From a virus (taxonomy: Duplodnaviria; Caudoviricetes), in IMG/VR virus record IMGVR_UViG_3300025036_000003, positions 1-41,402 of that record: a DNA stretch of 41,402 nt. One strand, given 5' to 3'. Of this stretch, positions 38,285-41,402 are shown in pieces. The stretch's first letter is position 1. The number at the start of each line of letters is the position of its first letter. A program made the position numbers and the translations under genes. The notes beneath the pieces were generated by a model, which was not told where the DNA came from, ran no database searches, and saw nothing but the letters and a program-made list of their open reading frames with translations.

Positions 38285-39334
38285 ATGAGAAGTTATTTGG
38301 AGCTAACTGATGATGAAACTAATTCTTATTATGATGAAATGACTGATGAATTTATATATTCATTGAAAGATTTTTGTAATGAATATTTTAGTACATTAGT
38401 TGACATAAAAGATGGTTATATCAAAGAATTATTTGATAATAAGTTATTAGAGGAAAGGGATATAATAGAAGAATTGAATAATATATTATCAGATGATGTT
38501 ATGGATAATTTATTTACAGATTTCGGGTATCCATATAAAAGTAATGATAGATTAAAAGGATTAGATTTAGATTATGGTAAATTTAGATTTGCATTAGGGG
38601 AAGTTAATGAGATAGAAAGAGGTGTTTATAATATATTAGTTGAATTAAATTATGATTATACAATAGTTGTTTGGAAGGGGCAAATAAATATAAATTTATT
38701 AGTTGAGAAAGGAGTTATTAAAATGGGAGTAATGTATAAAGAGTTATTTTATAAAAGAGCAGAACAAGATGATATTAGGAATGCTATAAAGGAGTTTAGA
38801 GAAAATGAAAGATTATTAGCTACAGGACAGAAAAATTATAAAGCTTCTATAGAAGAAGCCGAAGCATTAATAATTAAAATGAAAAGTGTTTTTAATATTT
38901 CTGAGTTGCAAAAAGATATGGATACGAGTAAAGAGAATTTAATAGAATTATTAAATACAGTAGAGAGTAGGTCTTATAGATTTGACCAATTGTTGTATAA
39001 AATAGAAACCTTGCCCCCAGCAAGAATAAGTCCTGATTATAAGAATATAGTTGCATTATTGAGTAAAGTAAGTTTGGAGATTAAGCATTTAGCAGATATG
39101 TTTATCGAAAATAGTAAAAATGAAAAGAGACAAAAGGAAAGATATGAATTAACAGTTAACCCTTTTATTATAGCAAGAAAAGGTATAGTTATTAGTGGGT
39201 CATTATGGAATGATTTTGTTAATTGGGTATGTAGTATATATGATAATGTAATTGATACTGTTAAAGGTTTTTTGGGTAATTATGATAAGGCAATAGAAGA
39301 ATTAGAGGTATTAGTGAATAAATTAGAGGAATAA
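38285..39334 (+). CDS. Hypothetical protein, possibly with an internal start at 38723
   Basis: 349 aa; in-frame ATG 38723 preceded by AAAGGAG. Confidence 0.7.
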   Translation: MRSYLELTDDETNSYYDEMTDEFIYSLKDFCNEYFSTLVDIKDGYIKELFDNKLLEERDIIEELNNILSDDVMDNLFTDFGYPYKSNDRLKGLDLDYGKFRFALGEVNEIERGVYNILVELNYDYTIVVWKGQININLLVEKGVIKMGVMYKELFYKRAEQDDIRNAIKEFRENERLLATGQKNYKASIEEAEALIIKMKSVFNISELQKDMDTSKENLIELLNTVESRSYRFDQLLYKIETLPPARISPDYKNIVALLSKVSLEIKHLADMFIENSKNEKRQKERYELTVNPFIIARKGIVISGSLWNDFVNWVCSIYDNVIDTVKGFLGNYDKAIEELEVLVNKLEE

Positions 39335-39337
39335 GAG

Positions 39338-39568
39338 GTGTATATGAAAAAAGGAGATATTTTAATTCTAAGAGCTGATGAAGATAAAGAGTGGATTAAG
39401 TTTGTTAGGCTGACAGATGGAAATAAAGAATTACATATGCAAAAAGGATTTTTTACTCCAGAAGAAGCACGGAAGTTTATTGATATAGTGGAATTTGAAA
39501 CATTTAGAGGATTTAAATCTTCTGAATATATATTAGATACTGATGAATTAATAGATGTTTTAATATGA
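39338..39568 (+). CDS. Hypothetical protein
   Basis: Likely start ATG 39344 after GAGGTG. Confidence 0.6.
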   Translation: MYMKKGDILILRADEDKEWIKFVRLTDGNKELHMQKGFFTPEEARKFIDIVEFETFRGFKSSEYILDTDELIDVLI

Positions 39569-39583
39569 AGGAGATGATTAAAA

Positions 39584-39754
39584 ATGGGTTTATTAAAAAG
39601 AGGATTTGGAAAAATTTTGGCGGTAGGGGAGGAAGCGATAAGAGGAGAAGTAGAGCAGAAGGTAGATACTTTTGTTAAAGATAAATTAGAAACACCTTTA
39701 GCTGTTGTAAATGTAGTTAAAGAAATAGTAGAAGAAGTAAAAAAGGAAGAATAA
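39584..39754 (+). CDS. Small hypothetical protein (56 aa, not in ORF track)
   Basis: AAGGAG RBS; MGLLKRGFGKILAVGEE...VKKEE. Confidence 0.6.
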   Translation: MGLLKRGFGKILAVGEEAIRGEVEQKVDTFVKDKLETPLAVVNVVKEIVEEVKKEE

Positions 39755-39769
39755 AGGAGGGATATATTA

Positions 39770-41402
39770 ATGTTTACTAAGTTTAGTAAAGCAAAAGTAT
39801 TGCAAATTACGAATAAAATTGAAAATTTAGAATTAGTAGGATTTAATAATTTTAAAGCACGGTATGCTACAGTAAAACATGTGTTGGAGTCTGATAGATA
39901 TTTATATTTAAAAGTAAGAGCAGTATCAGCAACACCTCAAGATTTTAAAGTTTGTGATGTATGTAGAGGTGAGTTGAAATTAGTTGAATCAGATATGAAA
40001 TATTTTCAATGTACTGGTTGTGATAGACAATATTGGTTTCCTAATGCTAATGGAGATGCTTGGACGAGGAAAGAATTATTTACTAATTTTGGTACTTTTA
40101 TTAATAGTCCAATACATACGAATCATGATAGTTGGAAAGGAAAAGATGTAAGTGTTGGGTTTATATTGGATGGTGTATATAAAGATAAAGAAAATTATGT
40201 AGAGATTATACATGCTCTTGAAAGGGATGCTGTGGAGAAGAAACATCCTGGATTAATAGAAGCAATAGAAGATGGATTGGTAACAGATACGAGTATGGGA
40301 TGTTGGACAGAGCGGTGTATATGTTCAGTTTGTGGTAATATTGCTACGAGTCAATATGATTATTGCCCACACATGGTAGAAAAAGGAAATCTCATTTTAG
40401 ATAGTATAGTAGATAGTGTTTTTGAATGGAATGAAGGGTGTACTTTTTTTGAAGACTCAATAATATTTACTGACAATGGAAATAATAAATATTCGTCTAC
40501 TGGGTATGATGTAGGTGCAGACGAAGCTGCAAAAATAATATCAATTATAGCAAATAAGCATAAAAAGACATCTTTTAAAGATGTTATTAATAAAGGAGGG
40601 CTAGAAATGCATATTAAGAAATTAGGGCGTAATAGTGTTTTGACTAATAGTACAACAGATGAAAAGGAAGTAGAGAATAAAGATATATTGGAAAGTGCTT
40701 ATAAGGATGATGCAGCAAGTGAGAAAGAGATAAAGGTGAAAGGAAATTTGCCTAATTCTACTATGGATGATGTGAGTATGATTGATTATCCAGTTAAAAT
40801 AACTGCTTCAGTGTGGTCATCTTTGACAAGAGAACAGCAATTGCAATTAAAATCTGGTAGGGGAGGAATACTTATTATAGCTAATGATATGCGAGAAGAA
40901 GAGGAGATACCAGTAGCAGTATTAGAAGGACAAAAAATATTGACTGATAAGCAGGAAGAGATAGAGGAAGAAGTAAGTATTAATGATAGATTAAATTCTA
41001 TGGAGGGTATGCTTACAGTAATTATTGATAAATTAGAGAAGACAGAAGAAGCTGTCGATGAACAGAAAGAAGCTGTCGATGAACAGAAAGAAGCTGTCGA
41101 TGAACAGAAAGAAGCTGTCGATGAACAGAAAGAAGCTGTCGATGAACAGAAAGAAGCTGTCGATGAACAGAAAGAAGCTGATAAAGCAAGTTTTATCGAA
41201 AAAGATAATGCAGGAGGAGTACAGATGAGAAAACAGTATGAGGTAAAGGGGGATTTAAAAGCAAGTTCTTTAGCAGAAGCTGTTTTAGCTGGCAAAATGA
41301 AGGTAGAAACTATTGTTAAGCAGTGTTCTTCACTTAAGATATTAGCGGTAAGAAGAGAATTAGAAAAATTAGCAGGACATGTTAAATGGAGAAAGATTTT
41401 TA
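39770..41402 (+). CDS. Prohead (capsid maturation) protease with scaffold-like C-terminus, 3' partial (not in ORF track)
   Basis: Frame open to the window end; AAGGAGG RBS; PNANGD, HTNHD, DTSMGC...CSVCGN...YCPH, FFEDS, GADEAA; acidic C-terminal region. Confidence 0.85.
   Translation, partial: MFTKFSKAKVLQITNKIENLELVGFNNFKARYATVKHVLESDRYLYLKVRAVSATPQDFKVCDVCRGELKLVESDMKYFQCTGCDRQYWFPNANGDAWTRKELFTNFGTFINSPIHTNHDSWKGKDVSVGFILDGVYKDKENYVEIIHALERDAVEKKHPGLIEAIEDGLVTDTSMGCWTERCICSVCGNIATSQYDYCPHMVEKGNLILDSIVDSVFEWNEGCTFFEDSIIFTDNGNNKYSSTGYDVGADEAAKIISIIANKHKKTSFKDVINKGGLEMHIKKLGRNSVLTNSTTDEKEVENKDILESAYKDDAASEKEIKVKGNLPNSTMDDVSMIDYPVKITASVWSSLTREQQLQLKSGRGGILIIANDMREEEEIPVAVLEGQKILTDKQEEIEEEVSINDRLNSMEGMLTVIIDKLEKTEEAVDEQKEAVDEQKEAVDEQKEAVDEQKEAVDEQKEAVDEQKEADKASFIEKDNAGGVQMRKQYEVKGDLKASSLAEAVLAGKMKVETIVKQCSSLKILAVRRELEKLAGHVKWRKIF
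41048..41180 (+). repeat. Perfect 21-bp tandem repeat x6.3 (EAVDEQK)
   Basis: gaagctgtcgatgaacagaaa x6 plus gaagctg. Confidence 0.97.

Noticed and set aside
41048-41180. CRISPR array
   Set aside because: Direct tandem repeats with no spacers, in frame within a coding sequence; the same applies to 37838-37933.
2524-41295. Minus-strand ORFs in the track (e.g. 12938..13258, 22819..23223, 28946..29419, 40786..41295)
   Set aside because: They are antisense shadows of well-supported + strand genes, with F/S/L/I-rich composition and no motifs.
1-41402. tRNA or rRNA genes, introns and inteins in polA, dnaB, recA or terL
   Set aside because: No cloverleaf or T-loop pattern was seen in intergenic gaps, and these proteins have normal lengths without splicing motifs.

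Overview
AT-rich segment of a large tailed bacteriophage (or prophage) genome; every convincing gene lies on the + strand. Order: decayed RNA ligase, PRTase, thymidylate kinase; replication genes (DnaB helicase, DnaC-like loader, primase, sigma factor, beta-clamp-like protein); a structured intergenic region and a frameshifted P-loop kinase; a 7-deazaguanine module with its own promoter (two radical SAM proteins, HAD phosphatase, QueC, TGT/DpdA-like transglycosylase, FolE, with QueD a few kb downstream and no recognisable QueE); a UDG-fused family A DNA polymerase; recombination genes (UvsY-like, SSB-like, RecA, SbcD, SbcC, RuvC fused to a DUF1566-like domain); a NusG paralog; and the start of the head module (terminase, portal, prohead protease running off the end). 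The best candidate for a new system is the deazaguanine cluster with tandem radical SAM enzymes next to a polymerase with a shortened fingers subdomain. Other signals are strong GATC avoidance, a two-hairpin candidate ncRNA with anti-Shine-Dalgarno loops, and several frameshifted accessory genes. All calls come from motifs read by eye, not from database searches.
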